Positions 40,642 to 50,211 of a DNA stretch of 64,000 bases are shown here, in pieces. The DNA is from an uncultured Spirochaetota bacterium (GTDB lineage: Bacteria > Spirochaetota > Spirochaetia > SZUA-6 > Fen-1364), in contig CAWGAA010000002.1 in assembly GCA_963820525.1 (NCBI GenBank), positions 448,001 through 512,000 on the forward strand. The letters are read 5' to 3'. The notes under the pieces were generated by a model. The model was not told the origin of the DNA and ran no database searches. It was given only the letters and a program-made list of their open reading frames with translations. Position numbers and translations under genes: made by a program. How positions within the stretch are numbered: the stretch's first letter is position 1; every line of letters begins with the position of its first letter.

Positions 40642-42667
40642 TGAGGAAGAAGACTACGTCACCGACATCGGCTATGACGAGTTCGGGCAGCGTGTGAGCA
40701 TCGATCTGGGCAACGGCATCGAGACCACTTATACGTATGACGAGAACAGGCGGTGGCTGGATACCATCACAACAAAGACTGCGGATGCAGTCACCCTGCA
40801 GGGAATCGACTACAGCTTCGACCTGATGGGGAACATCCGGGGGACGACAAACACGGCGACGGCATTTGGCAAGGGCTACAGCACGTCCACGAGCTATGCC
40901 TATGACGATCTGGATCAGCTTGTCGTGGCCACGGGGAGTCTCACCAAGAGCGTGGACAGCACCTACCCCTGGCGGCCGGATGGCTGGCACACGCAGTACA
41001 CCTCCACCTACACCCAGAGCTTCTCCTTCGACTCGCTGGGCAACATGACGCGAAAGACGAGCACGGAAGCCAGCACGCCCCACGATCACCCCTGGGAGTC
41101 GCTGGACTATGACTTGAGCTACCAGTACTACGCGGGAAAGGCTCATCAGGCGGAGCGCATAGGCGACATGTGGTACCGCTACGACGCCAACGGGAACCTG
41201 GCTGAGGAGCGGCGGTGGGGACATGGACGGGAGCCGCTGGAGAATCCCTGGGTGAAAAGCTCCGGGGCGGTGGGGATGAGCAACCGGGGCTTTGGGCTTG
41301 ATATAGCGGGGGACACGCAGGCGGAGGCACAGCAGGAGAAGACGCATGAGGGTCAGCCCGGCTACGGGGATGCCGCGGGTAGGAGCTACAGCGAGCGGGA
41401 GTACGTCTGGGATGAAGAGAACCGGCTGGTGCGAACGGAGGAGCACGGGGGCCTGACGGTGGAGTACCGCTATGGGGCCGATGGCCAGCGTGCGGCGAAG
41501 TATTCCGCAGCCGGGGAGACTTTATACTTCGACAGCATGTGGACGGGCACGGTGGACTGGCCGAACGGCTGGCGGTGGAGCAAGAACATCTACGTTGGTT
41601 CCACCCGCATCGCCACGCGGCTGGGCTATGACGGGCACGAGCAGGATCTGGACTACAAGCTGGTGAACACCTATTACTACCACAGTGATCACCTAGGGAG
41701 TGTGCATCTGGTGACTGACTATCAGGGCAAAGTGTACGAGCACATCGAGTACACTCCCTATGGGGAGCTGTGGGTGGAGCACGGGCCCGAAGGGGTAGAG
41801 GCGGTGCCCTTCCGCTTCACGGACAAGGAGCTGGACGATGAGACGGGCCTCTACTACTACGGGGCGCGGTACCTCAACCCGAGGACCAGCAGGTGGATCT
41901 CAGCCGACCCGGCGATGGAAGCGTACCTGCCGGTGGTGCCGATTTCAGAGGAGGCGAGGAAGAGGAACGGGAACCTTCCAGGGATGGGGGGAGTGTTCAA
42001 TGTCGTGAATCTGGCGGTGTACCATTATGCGGGGAATAATCCGATAAAATATGTTGATCCAAATGGGTTGATACCAGTGGATGCTGCTTATGCAAGGGCA
42101 GTGATGCAGAATAGACAAAACCTGATACAGGCCCAGGATCTCACACGAGGGAATCCTAATTATTTCCCAGGAGGTGGTGGTCCATACAATAGGCCAGATC
42201 CAAAGAGTACTTGGTGTAATCAAGCGACCTTTGACATCATTGAAGCGACAGGCGTTCATATCAAAGCATTTGTAGGTGAGTCGACCAGGGGAAGGACCAC
42301 AGCAAATCAAGCGAGTCAACGAATGTGGTCAGCTGACTTATTCCAGGGAATAACTACTTCGCTCGTCGAGCTTAGCCCTGAACAAGCACAAAGCATGGCT
42401 AATGAAGGCTGGAGCGTTATAGGCATGTACTTTAATCCATCGGAGGGAGGTATTGGCCATCTTGCGACAGTACGTCCTTCGGACGAACCGTACGATGCTA
42501 AACTGGGTCCGTTGATTTCCAATGTAGGCGCTGAAATGGCAGTTATGTACGCTAAACGAGCTTTTGGAAAGGATCCATCCTCTTCGGAGGTTAAATACTA
42601 CTACTATCCACGACAGACCTTTATTTACGATGAAAAAAAGATTAATAGGTCATGGGGGTATGAATGA
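40544..42667 (+). CDS. Orphan RHS module (5'-truncated) with a different C-terminal toxin, probably a Cys-His papain/NlpC-P60-like amidase
   Basis: 40652-42067 is colinear with 23050-24465; after DPNG comes an AT-richer tip with TWCN...ANQ...QAQSMANEG...GHLATVRP...NVG. Confidence 0.85.
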   Translation: MRRGLAAEHPTPHPGAETGLNSKNRKQGEGARPEEEDYVTDIGYDEFGQRVSIDLGNGIETTYTYDENRRWLDTITTKTADAVTLQGIDYSFDLMGNIRGTTNTATAFGKGYSTSTSYAYDDLDQLVVATGSLTKSVDSTYPWRPDGWHTQYTSTYTQSFSFDSLGNMTRKTSTEASTPHDHPWESLDYDLSYQYYAGKAHQAERIGDMWYRYDANGNLAEERRWGHGREPLENPWVKSSGAVGMSNRGFGLDIAGDTQAEAQQEKTHEGQPGYGDAAGRSYSEREYVWDEENRLVRTEEHGGLTVEYRYGADGQRAAKYSAAGETLYFDSMWTGTVDWPNGWRWSKNIYVGSTRIATRLGYDGHEQDLDYKLVNTYYYHSDHLGSVHLVTDYQGKVYEHIEYTPYGELWVEHGPEGVEAVPFRFTDKELDDETGLYYYGARYLNPRTSRWISADPAMEAYLPVVPISEEARKRNGNLPGMGGVFNVVNLAVYHYAGNNPIKYVDPNGLIPVDAAYARAVMQNRQNLIQAQDLTRGNPNYFPGGGGPYNRPDPKSTWCNQATFDIIEATGVHIKAFVGESTRGRTTANQASQRMWSADLFQGITTSLVELSPEQAQSMANEGWSVIGMYFNPSEGGIGHLATVRPSDEPYDAKLGPLISNVGAEMAVMYAKRAFGKDPSSSEVKYYYYPRQTFIYDEKKINRSWGYE
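40652..42067 (+). repeat. ~1.4-kb direct repeat of the RHS 3' region (partner 23050-24465)
   Basis: Both copies are 1416 bp long with long identical runs; homology ends at the DPxG autocleavage motif. Confidence 0.95.
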
Positions 42668-43341
42668 TTAGGAAGCTCATCTTAATTCTTGTTGGCCTAC
42701 TATTGATTACAAGCCTTGGGACTTGTCAAGATAATCGGTCCATAGAAACAATTATGAAAAACGAATACCCAAAGCTTGTTCTTCTCACTTTCGCCAAAGG
42801 CAATTTCACCGGTTCAAAAAGTGAAGAATATATAGCTTTCTATGAAGATCCCAAAGAGCGAGTAGAGAAAGACAGTCCGGTGGTAATTGCAAAGGTAGTG
42901 ATCTTCGTATTAAAGAACTCAACGATAACTTCTGTCTACGATCTAGAAAATCTTAATATCTGGTCACTCGATTACAGTGAACGATACTTAAAGATAATTA
43001 AAAATCCACAACTTCAATTCGGAAGGTGGTCAGGATATGCATACATAGGAGATTACAATGGGAATGGGCTGGAGGAAATCCTTTTCTTTGAGTTAAGTGG
43101 TAGGTCTTTTTTACCAACAATAGTTGAATTTAACGGCAAAGAGTTTGGAACAGTTCTTAGTTTTCAAACATATACTGAAAGGTTATCTGAGATCTGGACT
43201 GAAAATCGGAACGGGCGGAAGCTGCTAAAGCTTTATGGGTACGGGGATGAAAATACACCGAAAGATAAAAGAGATTGGTATTTCTATGAATGGAGTAAGA
43301 CAATAAAGCGATATGAGATAATTGAGAAGGGGATTGAATAG
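42664..43341 (+). CDS. Putative immunity protein for the orphan toxin (exported, lipoprotein-like)
   Basis: ATGA overlap with the toxin stop; AT-rich; MIRKLILILVGLLLITSLGTC signal; GDYNGNGLEE motif. Confidence 0.72.
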   Translation: MIRKLILILVGLLLITSLGTCQDNRSIETIMKNEYPKLVLLTFAKGNFTGSKSEEYIAFYEDPKERVEKDSPVVIAKVVIFVLKNSTITSVYDLENLNIWSLDYSERYLKIIKNPQLQFGRWSGYAYIGDYNGNGLEEILFFELSGRSFLPTIVEFNGKEFGTVLSFQTYTERLSEIWTENRNGRKLLKLYGYGDENTPKDKRDWYFYEWSKTIKRYEIIEKGIE

Positions 43342-43390
43342 CTCTGGGAGAGCGGCGAGGAGCGAGATACTCCCTACGCGTACGGCATCC

Positions 43391-43446
43391 CCGGACGGCT
43401 GGCACACACCGTACACCTCAAGCTACGCGCAGACTTCACCTTCGAC
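43391..43446 (+). pseudogene. Degenerate remnant of a third RHS module
   Basis: ccggacggctggcacacaccgtacacctcaagctacgcgcagacttcaccttcgac resembles ccggatggctggcacacgcagtacacctcaagctacacgcagagcttctccttcgac near 23374-23430. Confidence 0.75.
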
Positions 43447-43504
43447 GCAGCGGCTACTGTTGGTTCCACCCCGCCGGCCGCCCCTCGCCATCGTGGCTCG
43501 GGGC

Positions 43505-43602
43505 TGAACAGAACATGACGTTATCGGCAGCGCGCCGTCCATGGCGCGCTGTTCGTTCGTCGGCCTGACAGCCTCCTCACCAGATAACGCATGTTCTGTT
43601 CA
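43505..43602. repeat. Long imperfect palindrome (REP-like)
   Basis: 20-bp stem 43505-43525/43583-43602 with a single bulged base; inner 9-bp stem cagcgcgcc/ggcgcgctg. Confidence 0.75.
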
Positions 43603-43733
43603 CCGGCGTGGCTTGCAGCGCGTGCGACTGTGCATAAGCGGTGCTGTCGCGACACGTATCGGGCCGTAGCAGTTTGCAGACTGTTACCGCCGCCTGCCCG
43701 AACAGGGTAGCAGCCCATACAAAAGGGCTCTAG

Positions 43734-45656
43734 CCCATCTTCGACACTTTGAAAAATGAAATGTTTACCCTATAAGGAATTAGAAGACACGAAAATTCTG
43801 TTGGCACTACAGATCAACTTCCTCCGTGGTAGCTCTTATTCGCGAACCGTCTGCGGCACTGCGACACCCGCGGCCTGCAATACTGTGTGGCACACCCCCC
43901 GCAGGTCGGTGCGCAGATACAGCTTCTTGCCATGCATTTCCACTTCCACTTCCTGAAGTGCTCGAAGGTCCCTATTGATATCCGCCCACTCCAGCTTGGC
44001 CCCGTGCTTCTCAAGTCTCGTTTCCAGCTCTTTTCGTAGAACAAGGGCGAGGAAACTGCAGAACACATGCCCCCGGATAGTGTCGTCAACTTTGTGATAG
44101 ATCGGGCGGGTCTCCAGAAGGCTCTTGGCTGAACGGAATATCGATTCCACCATCCACAGCTGCTTGTACTTCAGTGCCACATCCGCGGCGGCAAACGCGG
44201 TATTGGTGCGCAGTACCCACATGCCGTCGAACAGCTGCTCCTTCGCGAGCTTGGCCTCGTCGACGGTGAAGTGCTCCTTTCCAGCGGACTTCAGGTATCG
44301 CCTGTAGCCCTTATTGCCCACGAGGCTCTTGTCCCCGCTTTTGAGCTTCTCTTTCAAAGACTCCACGATGGCCTTTCTGTCCGCGGCATCCTTTCGGGCC
44401 TGATCCTCGTTGTAACAGACCACGTAACGCTTCTCCCCCACCCACTGCTCCCGCACCGATAGGGGGGAGGGATCCCCAGGCTTCTTCTTCTCTCCTGTGA
44501 CTACCTGGAACTTCTCAGAGGAAGGAAGCACTTCATCGCGCACCGTCTTGTCCTTGTGCATGCGCGCTCCAAGGATATAGGACATGCCAAGCTCGTCACT
44601 TTCAAGTTTCTCGATCGTCTCTGCGCTTATCATCCCTCGGTCGGCCACCACGCAGACCGAGGCGATGGCGAAGCGGCTCTTCAGTCGCTCGACCACCGGG
44701 ATAAGGGAGGTGACATCGGTGAGGTTCCCTGGCCACAGCTCGCAGCAGATCGGCCGCCCAGCGCCGTCCAGCACCGCGCCGACCACCATCTGTTTCAGGT
44801 CGGGTCTGTGGTCCTTGCTGTGCCCGTACTGTCCCAGGCTTTCTCCCCCTTGCCCCTCGAAGTACAGGCTCGTGGTGTCGAAGAACACCAGCTCCAACTC
44901 GCTGAACAGATCGCGGTTACGGCGAAAAAGCTCCTCTTCGATGAGGTCCTTTCGGCATCGCAGGCTTCGCGCATCATGGCCGAGCTGGATGCTCTGTTCT
45001 CCCAGCCAGCCCATGGCGCGGTAGAGGTGATGAAGCTCGATTCCCTCTGTCCCGCTGATCTGGAAATCCTCTTTCCAGCGCTCTGCCGCGCGGTCGCTTC
45101 CCGGATCGAAGAGGCGGTGCAGCACGGTGAGGAAGATCGCCCGTTCCAAGGAGAAGCGCCATGGGCGAGCGGCCACTTGGCCCTTTATCGCCTCTTTGAT
45201 CCCCAACTGCTGCCACAATCGGTCGAAGAGAAGGGCGGGACCGATGGACAGTGTGCGGTGCGCTTGGATGGTGCCCTCGCGGTGAGCATCGATGATCGTT
45301 CGAATCGAGGAGAACTTCGCCAGCGATCGGGTGAGGGCATCGATCTTGCCTGATGCGGTGAGTGCATCCAGTTGGCCGAGGGTGGTGAGGACACGTTGTT
45401 TGACCTTTTTTCCCTCACGCTTGCTTTCAACGATCTGAAGGTACTTGTATCCGTGCGAGTTCTTGATGCGGACGAACATTGCCTGCCCCCCCTCTACGGA
45501 TACTACCATGAAGAGGACATCTATGCAAGTATTCTCTTCATAAATTGCCAATTCGGTGGCACTACATAAAGCGGTCCAGTTGTAAAAAAACCTTCAAATT
45601 CCCTGCAAATTCGAGGGGTACGGCTTCCTGGAGACGCTCAAAGTGTCGAAGATGGG
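43734..45656 (-). mobile_element. IS1634-family insertion sequence
   Basis: Perfect 19-bp terminal IRs cccatcttcgacactttga / tcaaagtgtcgaagatggg; 5-bp target duplication TCTAG (43729-43733, 45657-45661). Confidence 0.95.
43836..45479 (-). CDS. IS1634 family DDE transposase
   Basis: MFVRIK...YLQIVES.REGKKVKQRV; FFDTTSLYF; GHSKDHRPD; VADRGM; YKQLWMVESIFR; IRGHVFCSFLAL. Confidence 0.93.
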   Translation of the reverse strand: MFVRIKNSHGYKYLQIVESKREGKKVKQRVLTTLGQLDALTASGKIDALTRSLAKFSSIRTIIDAHREGTIQAHRTLSIGPALLFDRLWQQLGIKEAIKGQVAARPWRFSLERAIFLTVLHRLFDPGSDRAAERWKEDFQISGTEGIELHHLYRAMGWLGEQSIQLGHDARSLRCRKDLIEEELFRRNRDLFSELELVFFDTTSLYFEGQGGESLGQYGHSKDHRPDLKQMVVGAVLDGAGRPICCELWPGNLTDVTSLIPVVERLKSRFAIASVCVVADRGMISAETIEKLESDELGMSYILGARMHKDKTVRDEVLPSSEKFQVVTGEKKKPGDPSPLSVREQWVGEKRYVVCYNEDQARKDAADRKAIVESLKEKLKSGDKSLVGNKGYRRYLKSAGKEHFTVDEAKLAKEQLFDGMWVLRTNTAFAAADVALKYKQLWMVESIFRSAKSLLETRPIYHKVDDTIRGHVFCSFLALVLRKELETRLEKHGAKLEWADINRDLRALQEVEVEMHGKKLYLRTDLRGVCHTVLQAAGVAVPQTVRE

Positions 45657-45840
45657 TCTAGCACACTGGCCTTGGCAGCAGTCTCGACGAGGCTTTCGAG
45701 TGTGGCGTCCGCGTTGACGCCGTATGGGCTGCGTGAGAGCCAGCTGTCATGTCCAGCGAGCGGCGGGTCCGGGCGCACATCTTCGTGGCGGCGTTGGCGG
45801 GGCTTTCTAGGAGGCACTGCGCGACCATCTGCTCAGCCAC

Positions 45841-46620
45841 TCACCCCAAGTATTCCCTCTCAATGAACGCCATCAGGTCCGCCGGAGCCATGACGGGGAT
45901 CTTGCCGCCGGAGAGCCACTCCGGCTTGACGTATCCCCACGAGGCCAGGAAGACCTCGACGTTGGGATTGGCATTCTCCTTGAGGTGGTCGATTTGATCG
46001 TCCACAAACACGGCTCGGGGGAAGCCGCCTTCGACGCGCAAGGCCTCCACCCGCGCGAGCTTCTCGCGGGCCGCGCTTTCGTGGATGTGGCCCGCCGGGA
46101 GCCGTATCTGCGCGTGCATGAGTATCTCCGCGATGAACTGCGCCTTCTTCGTGGAGAGGATGTGCACGGGGGCTTCCTGGGGGAGCCGGGCGAACATCGT
46201 GAGGATGTGGGGATAGACCGGGTTGAGCGAGAGCCAGAACTCCCTGTCCCGGGCCAGAAGATCCGTGCGGGCTTTGATGAAGAGCTCCCTGAAGAGGCGC
46301 ATTTTCTCGGGGCCTGCCGCGGCGATGAGCTCGTCGAACCCGGCCTGGTCCGACACGGCCTTTCCCTCGTGGAGGATTTCCTGGATCAGCATGTAGTCCT
46401 CCGCCGTTCTGATGAACGGCCGAAGCCGGGCAAAGTCGTTTCGAAGCGTCACGGGAACGTGGGGGGGATGGATGCCTTTGGCGAGGCTGAAGTACCCGAT
46501 CCAGGAGCTGATGAAACACTCGTCCAGGGAATCGCAGATCACCCCGTCGAAGTCGAGGACGAGCAGAGGCAGCGCCCTTCCCGCGACGCCCTTCTCCGGT
46601 CCGCCGAAAACCATTTTCAC
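45841..46620 (-). CDS. HAD superfamily hydrolase
   Basis: LDFDGVICDS (motif I), LSTK, FVDDQ, LASWGY; GGAGGA RBS before the GTG. Confidence 0.85.
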   Translation of the reverse strand: MKMVFGGPEKGVAGRALPLLVLDFDGVICDSLDECFISSWIGYFSLAKGIHPPHVPVTLRNDFARLRPFIRTAEDYMLIQEILHEGKAVSDQAGFDELIAAAGPEKMRLFRELFIKARTDLLARDREFWLSLNPVYPHILTMFARLPQEAPVHILSTKKAQFIAEILMHAQIRLPAGHIHESAAREKLARVEALRVEGGFPRAVFVDDQIDHLKENANPNVEVFLASWGYVKPEWLSGGKIPVMAPADLMAFIEREYLG

Positions 46621-46765
46621 TCCTCCTCCAACGGTCTCCCGTTTTTAAGGTACTACGGGCGGGTGTGGCGATGAAAGGGGAGGGGGCGAACACCGGCTTA
46701 CGCCATCCGTGCCCGTTGTTTCATCACGTGTACCTCGCCGACCTTTTTTCAGCTATGATGAGTCC

Positions 46766-48142
46766 ATGGCGGATTTCACTTTTCAGGACTTCCTCTCCCG
46801 CTTCGACGCCGCGGGCCGCCTCGACTGCTCCTGCGGCATGGTCCATCGGGTGGCGGCTCGCGAGGTCATTGTAGGTGATGCCGCCATCGACGAGTCGGCC
46901 GAGGTGCTGAGGCGGATCTACGGAAGAGCCCCTGTCATCTGGGTCTTGAGCGACGAGAACACGGAAGCCGCCGCCGGCAGCCGGTTCAAGTCCGCCGTGC
47001 GGGATTCCCGAATCGTCTCGCGGATCCTCCCGGGGTCCCCCAAGCCCGTGCCAAGCCAGGAGTTGGTGAACGAGCTGGCGGGCGACGCGCGGAGGGCTTC
47101 GCCCCGCCTCCTTGTCGGAGTGGGAAGCGGCGTGATCAGCGACCTGGTGAAGAAGGTCTCCCTCGACTGCGGAGTGCCGAACTGGAGCGTGGCCACGGCG
47201 GCATCGGTTGACGCATACAGCTCAGCAACCTCCGCCATCCGCGTTGGCGGCTACCACAAGGCGGTGCCCGCCGCCCCCTCCCAGGCCATCATCTGCCCGC
47301 TTCCCGTCATCGCGAATGCGCCGCGCCTCCTCGTGCTGTCGGGCCTGGGGGACCTGCTCGCCAAGCTCATCGCGCACCTGGATTGGAACCTCGGCAGGCT
47401 CATTACGGGCGAGCATTACTGCCCCCTGATCGCCGCATTCGCGCTTGAGGCGGCGCGAAAGGCGCTCGCGGCCGCGCGCTCGTCCGAAAGTGACGCGCGG
47501 GAGGCGGCCTACTGTCTCACGGATGCCGTTCTTGTCTCGGGGTTTGCCATGCAGGCGTCGGGCGGGTCGCGGCCCGCGGCTTCGGCGGAGCACACAATCG
47601 CCCACTTCTGGGAGTCGGCGCTCGCCGTGGGAAAAGAGGAGTATGACTTGCATGGGATCCTCGTCGGCGCGGCGAGCAGGCTGGTTTCCAGCGCCTACTC
47701 TTCGTTCTACGACGCGCTCTCCCGGGACGGGCCGCACGTAGCCGCGGCTGCGACGGCTGAAAGGCTTGCCTCCTTCGAGCGAGAACTGCCGTGGGTGGAA
47801 AGCCTAGAGGAGGGTCTGCGGCCGTTTGAAGCGGGCATCGCCGAGGTCATGCGAAAACGGGTTCTTGACCGGTCCATTCTTACCTCAAGGATCGAAGCCT
47901 TCGGCAGGGCGGGCAAGGAGATCCTCGATCTCGCTCTCCCCCTCCTGGCCGAGCTGGGCAAGGCGATCCGAGTCCTGGACGGCCTCGGCTTCCCCTTCAG
48001 CCTCGACGAGCTTGGAATCTCCGAGCCGCTGCGGCTTCTTCCCGTTCGCAATGTGCGCCTATTGAGAGACCGCTACACGACCTTCGATCTGGCGTATGAG
48101 CTGGGACGTGAGGGGGAATTGACGGGAGGGGGCGCCCCTTAA
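46766..48142 (+). CDS. sn-glycerol-1-phosphate dehydrogenase-like protein (AraM/EgsA family)
   Basis: CSCG..H N-terminus, GVGSGVISDLVK, TAASVDAY, GLGDLLAK, RPAASAEHTIAHFWE, LHGILVG. Confidence 0.85.
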   Translation: MADFTFQDFLSRFDAAGRLDCSCGMVHRVAAREVIVGDAAIDESAEVLRRIYGRAPVIWVLSDENTEAAAGSRFKSAVRDSRIVSRILPGSPKPVPSQELVNELAGDARRASPRLLVGVGSGVISDLVKKVSLDCGVPNWSVATAASVDAYSSATSAIRVGGYHKAVPAAPSQAIICPLPVIANAPRLLVLSGLGDLLAKLIAHLDWNLGRLITGEHYCPLIAAFALEAARKALAAARSSESDAREAAYCLTDAVLVSGFAMQASGGSRPAASAEHTIAHFWESALAVGKEEYDLHGILVGAASRLVSSAYSSFYDALSRDGPHVAAAATAERLASFERELPWVESLEEGLRPFEAGIAEVMRKRVLDRSILTSRIEAFGRAGKEILDLALPLLAELGKAIRVLDGLGFPFSLDELGISEPLRLLPVRNVRLLRDRYTTFDLAYELGREGELTGGGAP

Positions 48143-48594
48143 TCTATGCGATCCTGCTTCTGCAGGGACGACTCGGATTTCCGGCCGCCGTTTTTTTCCA
48201 TGATGTCGCTCAAGCTGATTTTACTGAAGTAATCCCCGATGCGATCATAGAGCCCCGTCCAGATTTCATGGGCCGGGCAGGCCTCGGTTCGCGCGCAGAG
48301 CACCTTGCGCCTCAGGGTGCAGGGAGTCAGGCCGCCGGTTTCTCCCACGGCATCGAGGATGTCCTTGACGGTGATTTCCGCCGGCTTGCGGTTCAGGACG
48401 AATCCCCCGCCGGGGCCCCTGATCGAGCGGATGAGCCCCGCTTTCTTCAGCTTGAAGAAGATCTGCTCGAGGAACTCCGATGAAACTTTCTCGCAGTCCG
48501 CGATGCTGCTGATGGAGACGGGCTTGTCGCTTCTCGCCATCGCGAGGTTTATGACGGCGCGAAGCCCGTAGCGGCCTTTTGTCGTGATTCTCAT
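48139..48594 (-). CDS. Rrf2 family transcriptional regulator (IscR-like, with 3 Cys + His)
   Basis: MRITTKGRYGLRA, FLEQIF.KLKKAGLI.S.RGPGGGF.L, C...C...CPAH. Confidence 0.92.
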   Translation of the reverse strand: MRITTKGRYGLRAVINLAMARSDKPVSISSIADCEKVSSEFLEQIFFKLKKAGLIRSIRGPGGGFVLNRKPAEITVKDILDAVGETGGLTPCTLRRKVLCARTEACPAHEIWTGLYDRIGDYFSKISLSDIMEKNGGRKSESSLQKQDRID

Positions 48595-48678
48595 TCCAGG
48601 CTCGGCTCCATTCAGTTTATATTAGTATTTATGTAATATATATTCAAGAGGGAACGCTCGACGTTTTCTTCGCGATGA

Positions 48679-48707
48679 TTGACCCTCGGGGGAGCGGCAA
48701 CTATAAT
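48679..48707 (+). promoter_or_regulatory. Sigma70 promoter of gltX-glyQS-tyrS
   Basis: TTGACC-17 bp-TATAAT; GAGGAGG RBS downstream. Confidence 0.7.
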
Positions 48708-48739
48708 CGATCAACTTTCGTGAGGAGGTCTCTTCCACT

Positions 48740-50208
48740 TTGAACGTCCGCGTCCGCTACGCGCCCTCTCCGACGGGGCTTCAGCACATCGGGAGCGTGC
48801 GCACCGCGCTCTATAACTATCTCTTCGCCCGATCCCAGGGGGGAAAGCTCATTCTCCGCATCGAGGACACGGACAGGACCCGCATCGTGGAGGAGGCGCT
48901 CCAGGACATCTACGACAGCTACTCGTGGCTTGGCTTCCATTGGGACGAGGGGCCCGACGTGGGAGGCCCCAAGGGGCCGTACTTCCAGTCCCAGCGCGTC
49001 GAGCTGTACCGCTCTCATGCAGAAAAGCTCATCGAGAAGGGCTTCGCGTACCGCTGCTACTGCTCGCCGGAGAGGCTGGAGAAGCTGCGGGAAGAGCAGG
49101 CCGCAAAGAAGCTGCCGATCGGCTACGACGGGCACTGCCGCACCCTCACGGAAGCGGAGCGTCGGGAGGCGGAGGACAAGGGCATCCGGCCCGTGATCCG
49201 TCTCAAGGTCCCGCGGGATGAAAGTACGACGTACCCCGATCTCCTTCTGGGCGAGATCACCGTGGCCAACAGGGACGTGAATCCCGATCCGGTGATGATC
49301 AAGTCCGATGGGTTTCCCACCTACCACATGGCGAACGTCGTTGACGATCACCTCATGGAGATCACGCACGTGATGCGGGCCCAGGAGTGGCTCCCGTCGA
49401 CGCCCCTTCACGTCATCCTCTATCGCGCTTTCGGCTGGGAGCACCCCAACTTCTGCCACCTGCCCCTCATCCTGGGCAAGGACGGCCAGAAGTTGTCCAA
49501 GAGGCATGGCGCCACGAGCCTGCGCGAGTTCATCCGGCAGGGGTATCTGCCCGAAGCGCTGATAAACTACCTTGCCCTTCTGGGTTGGGCCTACGACGAC
49601 TCGACGCAGTTCTTCAGCCTGAAAGAGCTGGAGAAGCTCTTCAGCCTCGAGCGGCTGAACAAGGCGCCCGCCGTTTTCGACTACCAGAAGCTGGAGTGGT
49701 ACAACGGGAGCTATATCAGGAAGAAGAGCGCGGAAGAGCTCGCCGCCTCCATCCGGCCGCTGCTCACGGAAGCGGGGTTCCTTATGGGGGCCCTTCCCTG
49801 GAGGAGAAGGTAGCGGGTATCGTCCCCCTTGTTCGGGAGCGCGTGAAGCTGCTCTCGGAGGCGCCGGCCATGGTCCGCTTCATCTTCCAGGACATCCCGG
49901 TCCCTCCGGCCGATGAGCTGATCCCCAAGAAGGCGGACCCGTCGAAGATGGTGGAGGCGTTGAAGAGGGCCGACGAGCTTCTCCAACGCTTCTCGGACAA
50001 CGACGCGGAAAACGAGGAGCGCTTCAGGGCCCTGGCCGAAGAGCTGGGGATGAAGCTCGCCGACCTTCTCATGCCCCTGCGCGTCGCGGTGACCGGATCG
50101 CGCGTCTCGCCGCCGCTTTTTGCGAGCATCCGCCTCGTGGGAATCGCGAGGAGCAGGGCGCGGGTGGCCGGGGCGATCGAGGAACTGGAAAAAAGGACAA
50201 GGAGCTAA
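48740..50208 (+). CDS. gltX: Glutamate--tRNA ligase; apparent frameshift at the G5 run 49786-49790
   Basis: [24 protein letters not shown]; the anticodon domain (PLRVAVTG...SPPLF) continues in another frame and is joined by adding one G. Confidence 0.95.
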
Positions 50209-50211
50209 TTG

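Noticed and set aside
43501..43606. Canonical integron attC site or integron
   Set aside because: The ends do not fit RYYYAAC/GTTRRRY and no IntI gene is in the window.
49780..49815. Programmed frameshift or phase variation in gltX
   Set aside because: Same one-base-short homopolymer pattern as two other genes; gene normally essential; no clear slippery heptamer. Sequencing error is more likely.
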